Notes: generated from the letters alone by a model not told the origin. Counted from the first letter of the stretch, positions 9,655 through 20,210 are shown. The stretch is 64,000 nt of DNA from Candidatus Obscuribacteraceae bacterium (GCA_044229845.1 JBGASG010000003.1:96001-160000); one strand, 5' to 3'. Numbers and translations are program-made.

Positions 9655-10887
9655 ATGTCCAAGAAGCACAAGAAAACCATCGCCCAGGCCGGCAAGGATT
9701 TGTTCCGAGGAAAACGCGTGCTGGTGCGGGTTGACTTCAACGTTCCGCAGAACGAGGATGCAACCGTTGCCGACGACTCGCGCATCAGAGCCGCTCTGCC
9801 GACAATCAATTTTTTGAGCGAAGCCGGAGCTAAAGTCATTCTCGTTTCGCATCTGGGCAGGCCGAAAGGTAAATCCGTAAAGCTCAGCTTGAAGCCGATC
9901 GCCGACCACACATCGAGTAAGCTGCACGTCAAGGTTCATCACCTGGAGCACACGATCGGACCGGAAGTTGAGGCTCATATCAACGAAATGAAGGATGGCG
10001 ACATCGTTCTGCTCGAAAACGTGCGCTTCCACGAAGGCGAGGAAAAGAACGACCGCGAGTTCTCCAAACAGCTGGCGAAACTTGCCGACGTCTATGTCAA
10101 CGATGCCTTCGGAACCGCTCACCGCGCTCACTCGAGCACAGCCGGCGTGACAGAATTCGTGAAGCCGGCACTGGCCGGTTTCCTCCTGGACAAAGAAATC
10201 AAAGCGCTATCAGGCGTAGTCGATAATCCCAATCGCCCATTTGCCACTATTATTGGTGGCGCCAAAGTCAGTTCCAAAATCGGCGTTCTGGAAAACTTGA
10301 TTGACCGCGCCGATGTACTGGTCATCGGCGGCGCCATGGCGTTCACGTTCTTGAAGGCACAGGGACTGGAGATCGGCAAGTCGCTGGTGGAGCTAGATCG
10401 CGTCGATTTCTGCAAAGACCTGCTGGCGAAAGCCAAAGCCAAGGGCGTTAAGGTCATCCTCCCGGAAGACCTGGTCTGCGCCCCGGAACTAAAGCCCGGA
10501 CAGACGACGATTACCGTTCCCGCGAATCAGATTCCAGCCGATCAGATGGGGCTGGATGTAGGTCCCCTGACAGTTGCCGCTATCAAGAAGGAACTGGAAA
10601 CCTGCCACACTATTTTGTGGAACGGACCGCTGGGCGCTTTCGAAACGTCCGGCTTCGAAAACGGCACGTATGCACTGATCGATATTCTCGTCGAACTGAC
10701 GAAGGCAGGCGTGAAAACGATTATCGGCGGGGGTGATTCAGTAGCTGCTCTGGAAGAAAAGGGCATCGCCCCGGAAGCGTTCACCCATGTCTCCACCGGT
10801 GGTGGCGCTTCGCTGGAGTTTCTCGAAGGGCTGGAACTGCCTGGCGTCGCCTGCCTCGATCCGGCGGAAGGCGTGCCAGCCGTCTAG
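9655..10887 (+). CDS. pgk: Phosphoglycerate kinase
   Basis: RVDFNVP, SHLGRP, NDAFGTAHRAH and STGGGASLE motifs. Confidence 0.98.
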   Translation: MSKKHKKTIAQAGKDLFRGKRVLVRVDFNVPQNEDATVADDSRIRAALPTINFLSEAGAKVILVSHLGRPKGKSVKLSLKPIADHTSSKLHVKVHHLEHTIGPEVEAHINEMKDGDIVLLENVRFHEGEEKNDREFSKQLAKLADVYVNDAFGTAHRAHSSTAGVTEFVKPALAGFLLDKEIKALSGVVDNPNRPFATIIGGAKVSSKIGVLENLIDRADVLVIGGAMAFTFLKAQGLEIGKSLVELDRVDFCKDLLAKAKAKGVKVILPEDLVCAPELKPGQTTITVPANQIPADQMGLDVGPLTVAAIKKELETCHTILWNGPLGAFETSGFENGTYALIDILVELTKAGVKTIIGGGDSVAALEEKGIAPEAFTHVSTGGGASLEFLEGLELPGVACLDPAEGVPAV

Positions 10888-10897
10888 AATTCAACTC

Positions 10898-12115
10898 ATG
10901 ACGGGAAGCTGCCTATTGATAAATCGATGCCTAGCTGTCGGGCTGGTTCTGTCCTTGGCTCCGTTTGCAGTGTTCTGTTCGCTGGCGTCGCCGGCGTCTG
11001 CACAACTCAGTATCAACGGTAAGAAGGTGACGCCGCAACAGTTTCATGGGGCGGAACTGGCTAACGAAGGCATCGTCCTCCTGCGCCAGAATCGCAACGC
11101 CGAAGCCGCGGAAAAGCTGCGCGAAGCAGTGATGCTCAACCCGAATCTGCCGGAAGCCTTTCACAATCTCGGTCTAGCTCTGGCCAAGTTAGGAGACACC
11201 GCCGGGGCGGTGCAGGCGCTGAATCAAGCGCGTTCGATGAAGGATCTGGACGCCACCTGGTTGACGCTGGGTGGGCTCTATCAGGCAAACGGACAGGTCT
11301 CCGATGCTCTCGCTCTGTACAGAGACTTTACGGTCAAGTTTCCGAACCATCCGATGGTGCAAAGCGGAAAGCTCGAGAGTCTGATACGCGGGCTTGAGCG
11401 CGAGAAAAATGGCGGTGCCGGCGCTCCCTCAGGCACCGGCAGTCCCAGTGCTACCGCAACCGGCGATGATTATCTGGCTCAGGCAACTCGGTCCGGAATT
11501 GTTCGCTGGCCGGCCCAGCGCATGCCCATTCGCATCTTCATCAAAGATGGCAGCCGGGTGCCGGGTTATCAGAGCGACTTCAACGGCATTCTTCGGCAGT
11601 CCTTCGAGGATTGGTCGCGTGCATCAGGTGGTCTGGTTCGCTTTGATACCGCCAGTAGTGCGGACCAGGCCGACATAGTCTGCACGTGGATCGCCGACCC
11701 ACAGCTGCTGGCGAACAAAGCGGAGGCCGGAGAGGCGCACATATACGGAAAACGCGCCAATGCTCCAACCGCAGCAGCAGCCGGCACCACAAACGGTGCC
11801 AGTGCGGCAGGAAACAGTGCGGCAGGAAACACCACGGCAGGAAACACCGCAGATAGCGCGACTGCAGCGGGTTCCGATATAAACCGCGGAACTATTTTGC
11901 TGCTTACGCAACCCTTGTCACCAGGTCTGCCCGTCACTCGCAACAGCATCAGACTTCTTTGCCTGCACGAAATCGGGCATGTGCTGGGGCTCACAGGGCA
12001 CACGATCGTGCCGTCAGACATCATGTTCTACTCAGCAGTGTCTTATAAGGATGAATGGCGTTACCTCAGTCCCCGTGATGCCAAAACCATTACTCGCCTA
12101 TACTCATCTCAATGA
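10898..12115 (+). CDS. Exported TPR + matrixin-like zinc metalloprotease
   Basis: Signal peptide, TPR helices, HEIGHVLGLTGH zinc motif and SDIMF Met-turn. Confidence 0.88.
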   Translation: MTGSCLLINRCLAVGLVLSLAPFAVFCSLASPASAQLSINGKKVTPQQFHGAELANEGIVLLRQNRNAEAAEKLREAVMLNPNLPEAFHNLGLALAKLGDTAGAVQALNQARSMKDLDATWLTLGGLYQANGQVSDALALYRDFTVKFPNHPMVQSGKLESLIRGLEREKNGGAGAPSGTGSPSATATGDDYLAQATRSGIVRWPAQRMPIRIFIKDGSRVPGYQSDFNGILRQSFEDWSRASGGLVRFDTASSADQADIVCTWIADPQLLANKAEAGEAHIYGKRANAPTAAAAGTTNGASAAGNSAAGNTTAGNTADSATAAGSDINRGTILLLTQPLSPGLPVTRNSIRLLCLHEIGHVLGLTGHTIVPSDIMFYSAVSYKDEWRYLSPRDAKTITRLYSSQ

Positions 12116-13011
12116 GTGCGAACGACTGTCACGATCAACCACACGCTCCGGCTCCCCGCCAAGAAAGCAGAAGCCGCCTGACGCTGGTTCTCTCTATGAC
12201 CAGCGTGTTCATGCTGGTAGAGTTAATCGCAGGCTGGTACACACATTCGCTGGCGCTGATGGCGGATGCCGGTCACATGCTCAGCGACGTCGCTTCTATA
12301 TGCCTGGCGCTGTTGGCGATCTGGTTCGCCACCCGTCCTCCGACCTCCGATAAAAGCTACGGCTATTACCGAACAGAGATTCTGGCGAGCTTAATCAACG
12401 GGGTCCTGCTGGTCGTTGTTTCCCTGGGAATCTTCTTCGAAGCCTATCGGCGCATCGGTTCGCCGCCGGAGGTGAGCACGGGTCCCATGCTGGTCGTGGC
12501 TCTAATTGGTCTGGGAATCAACATAGCATCCATAAAACTGCTCCATGAAGTGCAGCACGATTCCGTCAACGTTAAGGCGGCGTACCTCGAGGTGCTCTCC
12601 GACCTGGCTGGATCTGCCGGCGTCCTTGTGGCCGCCATCGTCATCATGTTCACCGGCTGGCAAATAGTCGATCCCATCATCAGTTCAGTAATCGGACTTT
12701 TGATTCTGCCGAGAACCTGGTTATTACTGGCAGAGGCAACCAACGTCCTGATGGAAGGCACACCAGGACACATCGACCTCGATAGCCTGCGGGATAAGTT
12801 CGCATCAGTGGAGGGTGTCGTGGACGTCCACGACATTCACGTCTGGAGCATCACTTCCGGACTCGAAGCCATGTCCGGACATATAGCCATCCGTCCGGGC
12901 GCCAACGCCAAGGACGTGCTCTCAGCCGTCACTCAGATTGCGCGCCAGGACTTCGGAATCCAGCACACAACCATTCAAATAGATGAACAAGACCCCCAGG
13001 ACTCTAAATAG
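12112..13011 (+). CDS. Cation diffusion facilitator (CzcD/ZitB-like)
   Basis: SLALMADAGHMLSD, YGYYRTEIL, HDIHVWSITSG and HTTIQI motifs. Confidence 0.95.
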   Translation: MSANDCHDQPHAPAPRQESRSRLTLVLSMTSVFMLVELIAGWYTHSLALMADAGHMLSDVASICLALLAIWFATRPPTSDKSYGYYRTEILASLINGVLLVVVSLGIFFEAYRRIGSPPEVSTGPMLVVALIGLGINIASIKLLHEVQHDSVNVKAAYLEVLSDLAGSAGVLVAAIVIMFTGWQIVDPIISSVIGLLILPRTWLLLAEATNVLMEGTPGHIDLDSLRDKFASVEGVVDVHDIHVWSITSGLEAMSGHIAIRPGANAKDVLSAVTQIARQDFGIQHTTIQIDEQDPQDSK

Positions 13012-13023
13012 GGTACCTGAGGG

Positions 13024-13081
13024 TTGAAGTGATATCACTCTGGTTCAAGCGGACTGCTGGGCTGAAGTGATATCACTCTGA
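13024..13081. repeat. Two copies of the 20-bp palindrome
   Basis: TGAAGTGATATCACTCTG within 13024-13043 and 13062-13081. Confidence 0.95.
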
Positions 13082-13275
13082 CGTTGGGGGAGAAACGGGA
13101 ACTGGCGGGGCGAAATTGCCGCCTACACACCAGTGGCGATTTTTGGACACATCGAGATGGGAGATTTACGAATGGGTTGGGAAATCTCCCAATTGTTTAT
13201 CAAGGGGCAGATTCTTAAACTGTTCACATTCGAGAAAGCGCCAGTGGCGCAGTTCAAGGTAAGCAGGAGCCAGCA

Positions 13276-13512
13276 ATGAGCATGTTTCAAGATCCTCAAG
13301 ACGAAGAAAAACTCTGCCAAGTACTGAAGGCTTATGTGGAAGAGTGGGGACCTGAAAATGTAGTCGTGTCGGTTCCGATGCACTGGAGAGAATATAGCGG
13401 CAACACTCTCGGCCGCGTCCGTCTGGAGTTCACAACTGAGCGCTCGGTCTGCATTCGCGTCGAATATGAATGCGTGCGCTTGAACTACGACGTCCAGCTA
13501 CAGATGGTGTAG
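13276..13512 (+). CDS. Hypothetical protein
   Basis: 78-aa ORF with an AGGAG Shine-Dalgarno upstream. Confidence 0.65.
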   Translation: MSMFQDPQDEEKLCQVLKAYVEEWGPENVVVSVPMHWREYSGNTLGRVRLEFTTERSVCIRVEYECVRLNYDVQLQMV

Positions 13513-13597
13513 CAAAAGTTTCCTTGCGCCTTCCTCCTGTCAGCAAGTCTCTCCAATCGGGGAGGCTTTCTGGCTTTTTGGCACAGCACTACGAGCA

Positions 13598-14866
13598 TTA
13601 CGGAAGCGGTTGCTCGTGAAGAACCCGTCGGGTGATGGGATCGATCCAGACAAGTTTCCGTTTGAGTTTCGGATATTCGACCTCGAACGCGAAGTAGATC
13701 TGTCGCTGGGAGCCCGGCTCGATGTGGAAAATCGTTTCCGCTCTCTCGTCGCTGTCGGTGACAACCGAGTGGCGCTTACCGTTATCGTCAATCATGAAGA
13801 GATCCATTGAACGCAAATCACGGTCTGTCTCATTCAGGACTACGGCTTTGATTCGCAGTTGGTGCCCATCCAATCCATCCTTCATCAGCTTGCTCTTCAG
13901 GATGTGAATCTCCAGACCTTCGAGTTTGGGTGGCTCTTTCTTGACGGTAGGAGCCGTCGCCGCAGGGATAAGCAAATCGCTGTCAAAGTGCATGTTCAAG
14001 TCGTCGCCCGGCTCCAGAACAGCTTTCTTGCCCTTGGTCCACAGCGCGATTGCGATTCCGACCGCGGCACCAGCCGCGGCGCCGCCTGCAATGTTATATC
14101 CGTGCATGGCAATTGTCTGTTCCAAACCAAAAATCTTGTATGCGACCAACGCCCCAACGATGGCGCCGCCAGCTGCGTGCGCAGCGATTCGACCGGCTCC
14201 GCGTGCTTTGGTTTTCCAGGTGGATTTCTGCTTGCTGTCCGCCGCCACGTGGAACTTGAAAGTACGCCCATCCGGTGTAGTGAACGTATTGAACTCCAGG
14301 GCGTAGGCGCCAGGTCTGCCTACGCGACGGGGCGGGAATACTTGGGAGACTCTGCCTTTGAACACGGTGCCGGCAGGGATTACCTTATTGTCATCAACAT
14401 AGATGTCTTCGGTGACCTTGGCTGTGACAGGCGCATTCATTTTGGCAGGAAGCAAATTGCCTTCCAGGTCTCTGTTCATAAGATTCATTTTGAACAGAGG
14501 CACGGTCGCCAGTTTCATTTTGATCGGCGTGCCCATGGGCACGCAGTAATTCACCTGTCCTTTGAGCATCGGCTGCGGGGGGCGAGCGGCGCCGGTCGGT
14601 TGACCAGCCACTGGCGGCAAAACCGGTTCGGCAATCAGCGTTGGTGGTGTGGCGTCTGGCAAAGCCGTTTCAGCAACGGGCGACTCAGCCTGCAGTTTTC
14701 CTGGTATGGCAGCCATGGGCGTCACGACTTCCACTGATTCCGGCTGGGGGGCGGCCGCTTCTTGCGCAATCACCGCAGGCGCCATGCAACCAAATATGGT
14801 GGCAAGCAACGCCAACATTGCCGCCAGCCGCTGATGCGAAATTCGCCATGTCTGTTTCAGAGCCAC
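13598..14866 (-). CDS. Exported hypothetical protein (TrbI/VirB10-like beta domain, glycine zipper, C-terminal Ig-like region)
   Basis: Signal peptide; VPMGT.I...VIPAGTVFKGRV; GGAAAGAAVG; GTG start after AAGGGGAG. Confidence 0.75.
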   Translation of the reverse strand: MALKQTWRISHQRLAAMLALLATIFGCMAPAVIAQEAAAPQPESVEVVTPMAAIPGKLQAESPVAETALPDATPPTLIAEPVLPPVAGQPTGAARPPQPMLKGQVNYCVPMGTPIKMKLATVPLFKMNLMNRDLEGNLLPAKMNAPVTAKVTEDIYVDDNKVIPAGTVFKGRVSQVFPPRRVGRPGAYALEFNTFTTPDGRTFKFHVAADSKQKSTWKTKARGAGRIAAHAAGGAIVGALVAYKIFGLEQTIAMHGYNIAGGAAAGAAVGIAIALWTKGKKAVLEPGDDLNMHFDSDLLIPAATAPTVKKEPPKLEGLEIHILKSKLMKDGLDGHQLRIKAVVLNETDRDLRSMDLFMIDDNGKRHSVVTDSDERAETIFHIEPGSQRQIYFAFEVEYPKLKRKLVWIDPITRRVLHEQPLP

Positions 14867-15298
14867 AGGTGTCTCCCCTTGCCTTCTTGATGAGTATAGC
14901 GGCACCGCACTTCCCAGGCACCGCGTTCTGTTAATTTCAAAGCTGCCAAGAGCTCATCGCCGCAGCACCGCGGAACATCCCCGCGGAAGCCAACGACATT
15001 CCCTCCGGCGGATGGCAAGCAGGCGCAAAGATCAAATCTCACCTCGAATCACAAATAGTGCACGCAAAGTGAGCATCAAGCATCATGTCAAGCGACACTA
15101 ATCAAGGTCAATTTTTTTCGCACTCCCCTGGCAGACAAACTGAAGTCCTGGCGCGATCGCAAAAATGTGCCCGAGAAGCCAACTAAATTCTGGGACCGTT
15201 ACCTGGGCAAACTGAAGCGCTCCCTCGAATGCCTGGAAACTTCGAATTTCAAGCACTGGTAAGCCATCCGAAGCCACAGCCCGACCGCCCGCCGCGGA

Positions 15299-15368
15299 CT
15301 GAAGCGATATCACTTTAACGCCGAAGCGATATCACTCCAGTGTCGAGGCTGAGGTGATATCGCTTCGG
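15299..15368. repeat. Three copies of the 20-bp palindrome
   Basis: Copies at 15299-15318, 15321-15340 and 15349-15368. Confidence 0.93.
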
Positions 15369-15380
15369 CGTTGGGACGGA

Positions 15381-15770
15381 ATGGACCCATTTTGGAGGAC
15401 AGTTAATTTGCGCGTTGCCAAGAATATATCTATCATATGTCTTGGCATTGACGCATCGGAACAGCTGCTGGCAACACCGCAGTTGTTATCACTTTTGTCG
15501 CTGGTATGGGAAATGACTGAAAATCACGACTCGGCTCGCACGCCGTTTACTTCTAAAATGCGCTCGGTGCGGGAACGATATGAACGCATCGCCAGCGAAG
15601 ATCGCAAATCAGAACAGGTTTTCTGGATGCAGACCACGGGTAAGTTGCGCTGTCAGAATGTCATCAGAGCGCACATCCACTGGTTTCCTCCCGAATCCAA
15701 TTACGCCGCCATGTCAGAACCGAGTGTCATTGATCCGGCGGAACTGGCATGGCTGCTGGTCAAGAGCTAG
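15381..15770 (+). CDS. Hypothetical protein
   Basis: ORF fills the intergenic gap; start uncertain (possibly 15513). Confidence 0.45.
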   Translation: MDPFWRTVNLRVAKNISIICLGIDASEQLLATPQLLSLLSLVWEMTENHDSARTPFTSKMRSVRERYERIASEDRKSEQVFWMQTTGKLRCQNVIRAHIHWFPPESNYAAMSEPSVIDPAELAWLLVKS

Positions 15771-15798
15771 TCACTGCTGATTCAGAGCTAACCAACCT

Positions 15799-17349
15799 TC
15801 ATTTGTTTGAAGTGGATTTGTGCAGAAAACGTGCAGCGAGCTCGTACAGATCAGCGCGCAAATCCTGCACCTGACTGTAGCGTAATTCAAGATCAAGCGC
15901 TGTAGCATGCGCCACCACATTATCGATGTCACCGGATAGTGCATCGTTGAGTTTTTTGGGGTGAGCGGTGGTGATCGGCTCCGGTTCTTCGCCGGTGATC
16001 AGATAGAACAGCGAGGCACCAAGCGCGTAGATGTCGCTCTGGGGACAAGCCTTGCCTCTGAACTGCTCCGGAGGGATGTACGAGTGCTTGCCCACTACAG
16101 TGCGGGTTGCGGTCGAATGCAACTGCTGCGCCACGTTGAAATCGATCAATACCAGTTCACCGGTCGGAGAAAGAATCAAGTTCTCGGGAGTAAAGTCGCG
16201 ATGCACCACTGGTGGTGACTGCATGTGCAAATGTTCCAACATGTCGCACATCTGAATGCCCAGTTCAACGACTCGCTCTTCACTAAACTTGCCGCTCGCT
16301 TGCACCAGTTCTTTGAGAGAGTTTCCCGGCACATGTTGGAGCACCAGATACGCACGCTGATCGTCGACGAAGAGGTCGACCAGGCGCACTATCTGAGGAT
16401 GCTGCAGTTTCCTCAAGAGCTCCGCTTCGCGGTCGATGTTGTCCAGAGCTTTCTTCACTACCGAAAGTCCAGCGTAGTAAGGCAGACAAAACTCCTTCAG
16501 CACGACATCCATTTCAGGACTGTCGATCGCAAATGAACCGGCTCTAGCTCTAGCCAGATATGCGGTTCCCTGCCCACCGGAACCGATACGATCGACGATC
16601 TCGTAGCGGTCATTTCCGATCGAGGCACCAGCGGTGAGAACATCTTCCCGAATGCGTTTACGCCCGCCGGAAAGGACCTCCAGCCAGAGTGTCGTGTAGT
16701 TGTCCACGCGGATCGGATTGAGCGTATCGTGCAGTGCCCAGTCGGCTCGGTCGGCAGGTACGTATTCCTTGAGCACGGTGTGCAGGCGCTTGCGATGCTC
16801 GCCACTGGCAATGCCTTCCAGGTGCAGGTAGAACTCCTTAGATCTGCCACCGTTCCAGTATTTGAAAAAGGTGCGCTTGATCTTCGGGTTCAAGGTCTGG
16901 TCATCGATCTGAAAGCGCAGCTGCGTTTCGGTGGTGGCGAAGTTTCTGCGCCGAACTACTGAGAGGCTTTCGATCTTGTTCCAGGGCAGGTAGAGAGTGC
17001 TTTTGTCACCGAACCACCTTATCCAGTAAAGCCGCAATCCCTTCTCGCTGAACCCCAGATGGGTTGGCTGAATGGCGCTGTAAATCGGCACGGCAGCTGC
17101 CAGCAAACAAGCCAGCATCGGCATGAAGAGAAACCACACCGGCGACCCGGTAACCAGCGCGATGAAAATAGCCAGCACAGACAGACAGCCTTGAAAGAAA
17201 GTGTCGTGCCGCAACACGACCTGCAACCGCCTTTGCAGAGCCTTTTCCGGCTTATATGGAATTACGATTTCATCGAAACGCTGGCCGTCATAGAGGCGAT
17301 ACGCAACAAAGTATTTGTATGCTAGTGAGGTTTCCAGCGGAGCCTTCAT
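15799..17349 (-). CDS. Membrane-anchored Hanks-type Ser/Thr protein kinase
   Basis: GSGGQG, VLKE, HRDFTPEN, IDFN, YIPPEQ and SDIYALG motifs. Confidence 0.93.
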   Translation of the reverse strand: MKAPLETSLAYKYFVAYRLYDGQRFDEIVIPYKPEKALQRRLQVVLRHDTFFQGCLSVLAIFIALVTGSPVWFLFMPMLACLLAAAVPIYSAIQPTHLGFSEKGLRLYWIRWFGDKSTLYLPWNKIESLSVVRRRNFATTETQLRFQIDDQTLNPKIKRTFFKYWNGGRSKEFYLHLEGIASGEHRKRLHTVLKEYVPADRADWALHDTLNPIRVDNYTTLWLEVLSGGRKRIREDVLTAGASIGNDRYEIVDRIGSGGQGTAYLARARAGSFAIDSPEMDVVLKEFCLPYYAGLSVVKKALDNIDREAELLRKLQHPQIVRLVDLFVDDQRAYLVLQHVPGNSLKELVQASGKFSEERVVELGIQMCDMLEHLHMQSPPVVHRDFTPENLILSPTGELVLIDFNVAQQLHSTATRTVVGKHSYIPPEQFRGKACPQSDIYALGASLFYLITGEEPEPITTAHPKKLNDALSGDIDNVVAHATALDLELRYSQVQDLRADLYELAARFLHKSTSNK

Positions 17350-18974
17350 GCGTGTTCTTTCTGCCTCTGCGGCGTCTTGATCGTCTGTCCTTCGTCCGTC
17401 TCCGCATGGGGGAGCTTTTCTATAGTTTCGATCAAAGAGTCGGCGCTGGAAATACGATCGCTAACTTCTGTGCGCGTCAAGGAAGCTATAAAGTCATCGA
17501 GCCAGCCAGGACACTTGCCCGACCAAACCTTTGGATGAGACTCGGACAACGGCTCTGGTTCATCGCCGGTCAGCAGGAAATAGAGCGTTCCGCCCAGACC
17601 ATAAATGTCGCTGGCAGGTCCGGCTTTGCCACGAAACTGTTCTGGCGCAATGTAGCATTGCTTGCCGATCAGGGTTCCGGTTGCCGTACCTACAAACTCG
17701 TTCGCAGCACCGAAGTCAATCAGAAACAGCTTCCCGTCTTCGCGCAAGACGAGGTTGTCGGGGCTGATATCCCGGTGAATAATCGGTGGCGACTGATCGT
17801 GGAGATACTTCAAAATTTTGGCAATCTCTAAGGCCCAGTGCAATACTTGTTCCTGGCTTTGGGGACCGTTCATCGCGACAAGCTGACGCAGACTCTGTCC
17901 GCGAATGTATTCCAGAACCAAATAGTCACGCCCACCTTCTACGAAGTGGTCGGACACCCGAGCTATCCTCGGATGCTCGAGGCGGAGAAGCAACCGAGCT
18001 TCACGCTCGAACATCTCCTTCGCTTTCTCCTTCGCGGTATCATCAGCGGTGACTGGCACCACAGCTTCCTTCAAAACCACGAGGCGCTTATCCGGCATTT
18101 CCGCCAGATAAATTGCTGAGAGCCCGCCAGCCGCCAGTTGCGACAGGACCTTAAACCGTCCATTTTGCAGGGACCGACCTTTGTCGAGCGGCATGAAAGT
18201 AGTGGCAGTGAAGTGCGCCTGCAGGTCCTCTTCCCACAAGGTCGTAAATGACGAATGCTGCTGTTTCTTCGGACCACTGAACAGTTTGCGCTTCAGATCA
18301 ATTAACTCAGGAGCCAGCACGGCTGTGCTTCCCCAGTGCTTGGCGGCTTTGAAGAAATTCTCCAGATCGGACATAGCCAGGTCTTGCAGATTGATGCGAG
18401 CGGTACCGCCACTGGTGAAATAGAAAACCATCTGGCGATCTTCCAGTTCGCGAGTGACGTCCTTGCCACCAATCCTGTGCTTGCCCGAGGTGAACGAAAG
18501 CTGTTCATCAGTCAATCCAACTGCACCGATGTCGTTCCAGGATCGCTGACGACGAAACAATAGCGGCACCCACATGTGGGCAGGAAAGGTCAAACCGGTC
18601 TGCCTCAGACGTATCCGTTTCTCTCTCATGAGTGCAGCCAGCCAACCGAAAGCTCCCGCGGCAACCAGAAAGCATCCCAGGGAGAAACCATGCTGCAGGA
18701 GAAGTTCTTCGTTGGTGACATACGAACGGGTGGCCGCCGGATCGTGTGTAGTGATCCGCCGCTTGGTGAAGATTGAGCCGACATCAAATGGTCTGCCCTG
18801 CTCCTGTTCTGATGAGGCGCTCAAACTGAGCGGGCGGGCGCCTGACAGATGTCCGCCGATGTCATAAGCAAGCATTCCCGAGTAGACAAGACAGCCCAAA
18901 CCAAAGGCCAGCAACCCATTCACCAGCCAACCCGGAGCCCGTTTGTACTGAAGGGAAAACTCCTGTTGTCTCAC
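17346..18974 (-). CDS. Membrane-anchored Hanks-type Ser/Thr protein kinase
   Basis: VLKE, HRDISPDN, IDFG, YIAPEQ and SDIYGLG motifs; stop overlaps the next start. Confidence 0.93.
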   Translation of the reverse strand: MRQQEFSLQYKRAPGWLVNGLLAFGLGCLVYSGMLAYDIGGHLSGARPLSLSASSEQEQGRPFDVGSIFTKRRITTHDPAATRSYVTNEELLLQHGFSLGCFLVAAGAFGWLAALMREKRIRLRQTGLTFPAHMWVPLLFRRQRSWNDIGAVGLTDEQLSFTSGKHRIGGKDVTRELEDRQMVFYFTSGGTARINLQDLAMSDLENFFKAAKHWGSTAVLAPELIDLKRKLFSGPKKQQHSSFTTLWEEDLQAHFTATTFMPLDKGRSLQNGRFKVLSQLAAGGLSAIYLAEMPDKRLVVLKEAVVPVTADDTAKEKAKEMFEREARLLLRLEHPRIARVSDHFVEGGRDYLVLEYIRGQSLRQLVAMNGPQSQEQVLHWALEIAKILKYLHDQSPPIIHRDISPDNLVLREDGKLFLIDFGAANEFVGTATGTLIGKQCYIAPEQFRGKAGPASDIYGLGGTLYFLLTGDEPEPLSESHPKVWSGKCPGWLDDFIASLTRTEVSDRISSADSLIETIEKLPHAETDEGQTIKTPQRQKEHA

Positions 18975-19058
18975 AACGCCCCTACCTGAGCGTAACTGCT
19001 CGGCCAGACCAAGCTATCAGTGAGATACCCAGCCAGAAAGCCTACCTAATCAGTAAAA

Positions 19059-19119
19059 CTGGAGTGATATCGCTTCAACTTATCAGGAGCTTGGCGAAAC
19101 TGAAGTGATATCACTCCAG
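19059..19119. repeat. Inverted pair of 20-bp palindrome copies
   Basis: Copies at 19059-19078 and 19100-19119. Confidence 0.93.
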
Positions 19120-19149
19120 CTTGAGCATGCCCTCAGGTGGCACTGGCGC

Positions 19150-20196
19150 CTAATATCTGGCGTTCGGCGGCCGGTCGGTCCGGTTCTGGGGATCGCCGTC
19201 TGGATTATCAGGGTCGCCGCCGGCATTGGGATCGCCACCGGGGCTGGGATTGCCGTCCTCCGGCGAGCCCGAGTAGTCATATGGATCGGTGTCGGAGCCC
19301 TGTCCAGGTCCTGGACCAGGCTGCGGGTCCGGCTGGTCCGGATTCTCGCGTCCCATACGCTGCCAGAATTTCTTCTCCAGTTCAGCAACTTCGCTGGCGG
19401 CTGGCAAGGTAAAGGTTTGTCCCGCGTAATAGGTCGGGGCAACCAATTCGGTGTGCCCGTCCTTCTCCACGACCTGAGGCGTCATGTTATTCGCTTCGTA
19501 GATAGCCGCCAGTGGCGGATTATCTGTCCCGTACTTTTTGGCAGCCAGGGACCAGAGCGTGTCCCCGTAGATGAGCTTTACTTCGCTTGCGGCATCAGCT
19601 GAGCCGACGCGTTCTTCACTGTTTTTTCCCAGCTCGTTCACGCGGTCGCGATATTGCTGAGTCAGAGCGTCGAGCTGATCTTCAGTAGGCAACACAAACT
19701 CGTCGCCAACGTGATAAATGGGATCGACAAGTTCTTTCTTGCCGTCTTTTTCCACGACCCGCGGCTCCATGTTATTCGCCGCGTAGACAGCTTCTAGAGG
19801 ATATTTGCCGTTGTAATGCTCGCCGATGATACCCCACAACGTTTGACCTTCGCCGACGGTTACTTTGGTGCCGGCAACCTCTGTGTTGCCTTGAGTTCCA
19901 TCTGTCACGGGAGGCTGCCCTGTTCTGGTATCGCCACTGTAGTCATACATATCGCCGGTGCTGTTGGCGGCCGGGTCCACCGCCTGCACGTCTGCTACCT
20001 GGGTACCGTTGCCGGTGCCGTTACCGCGGTCATCGGTGATATTGACGTTTCCTACTAAGTACGACTCGACGTCGGCATTAATGCCATTATAAGTCTGTCC
20101 GTCGCTCTGTCCGTCGCTTACTGAGTTGAGATTGAGTGACTCGCCGGACGGCGTCATGCCCGTCGCACGGTCGCCATCTCCAACATTCTCTGTCAT
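19150..20196 (-). CDS. Protein with two LysM-like domains and acidic Pro/Gly-rich tails
   Basis: VGEGQTLWGII...AVYAANNM and YGDTLWSLA...AIYEANNM repeats. Confidence 0.8.
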   Translation of the reverse strand: MTENVGDGDRATGMTPSGESLNLNSVSDGQSDGQTYNGINADVESYLVGNVNITDDRGNGTGNGTQVADVQAVDPAANSTGDMYDYSGDTRTGQPPVTDGTQGNTEVAGTKVTVGEGQTLWGIIGEHYNGKYPLEAVYAANNMEPRVVEKDGKKELVDPIYHVGDEFVLPTEDQLDALTQQYRDRVNELGKNSEERVGSADAASEVKLIYGDTLWSLAAKKYGTDNPPLAAIYEANNMTPQVVEKDGHTELVAPTYYAGQTFTLPAASEVAELEKKFWQRMGRENPDQPDPQPGPGPGQGSDTDPYDYSGSPEDGNPSPGGDPNAGGDPDNPDGDPQNRTDRPPNARY

Positions 20197-20210
20197 CGCT
20201 CTTACCTGCC

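Noticed and set aside
13158..13191. Inverted repeat TGGGAGATTT-N14-AAATCTCCCA
   Set aside because: Single occurrence with no supporting context; could be an operator or chance
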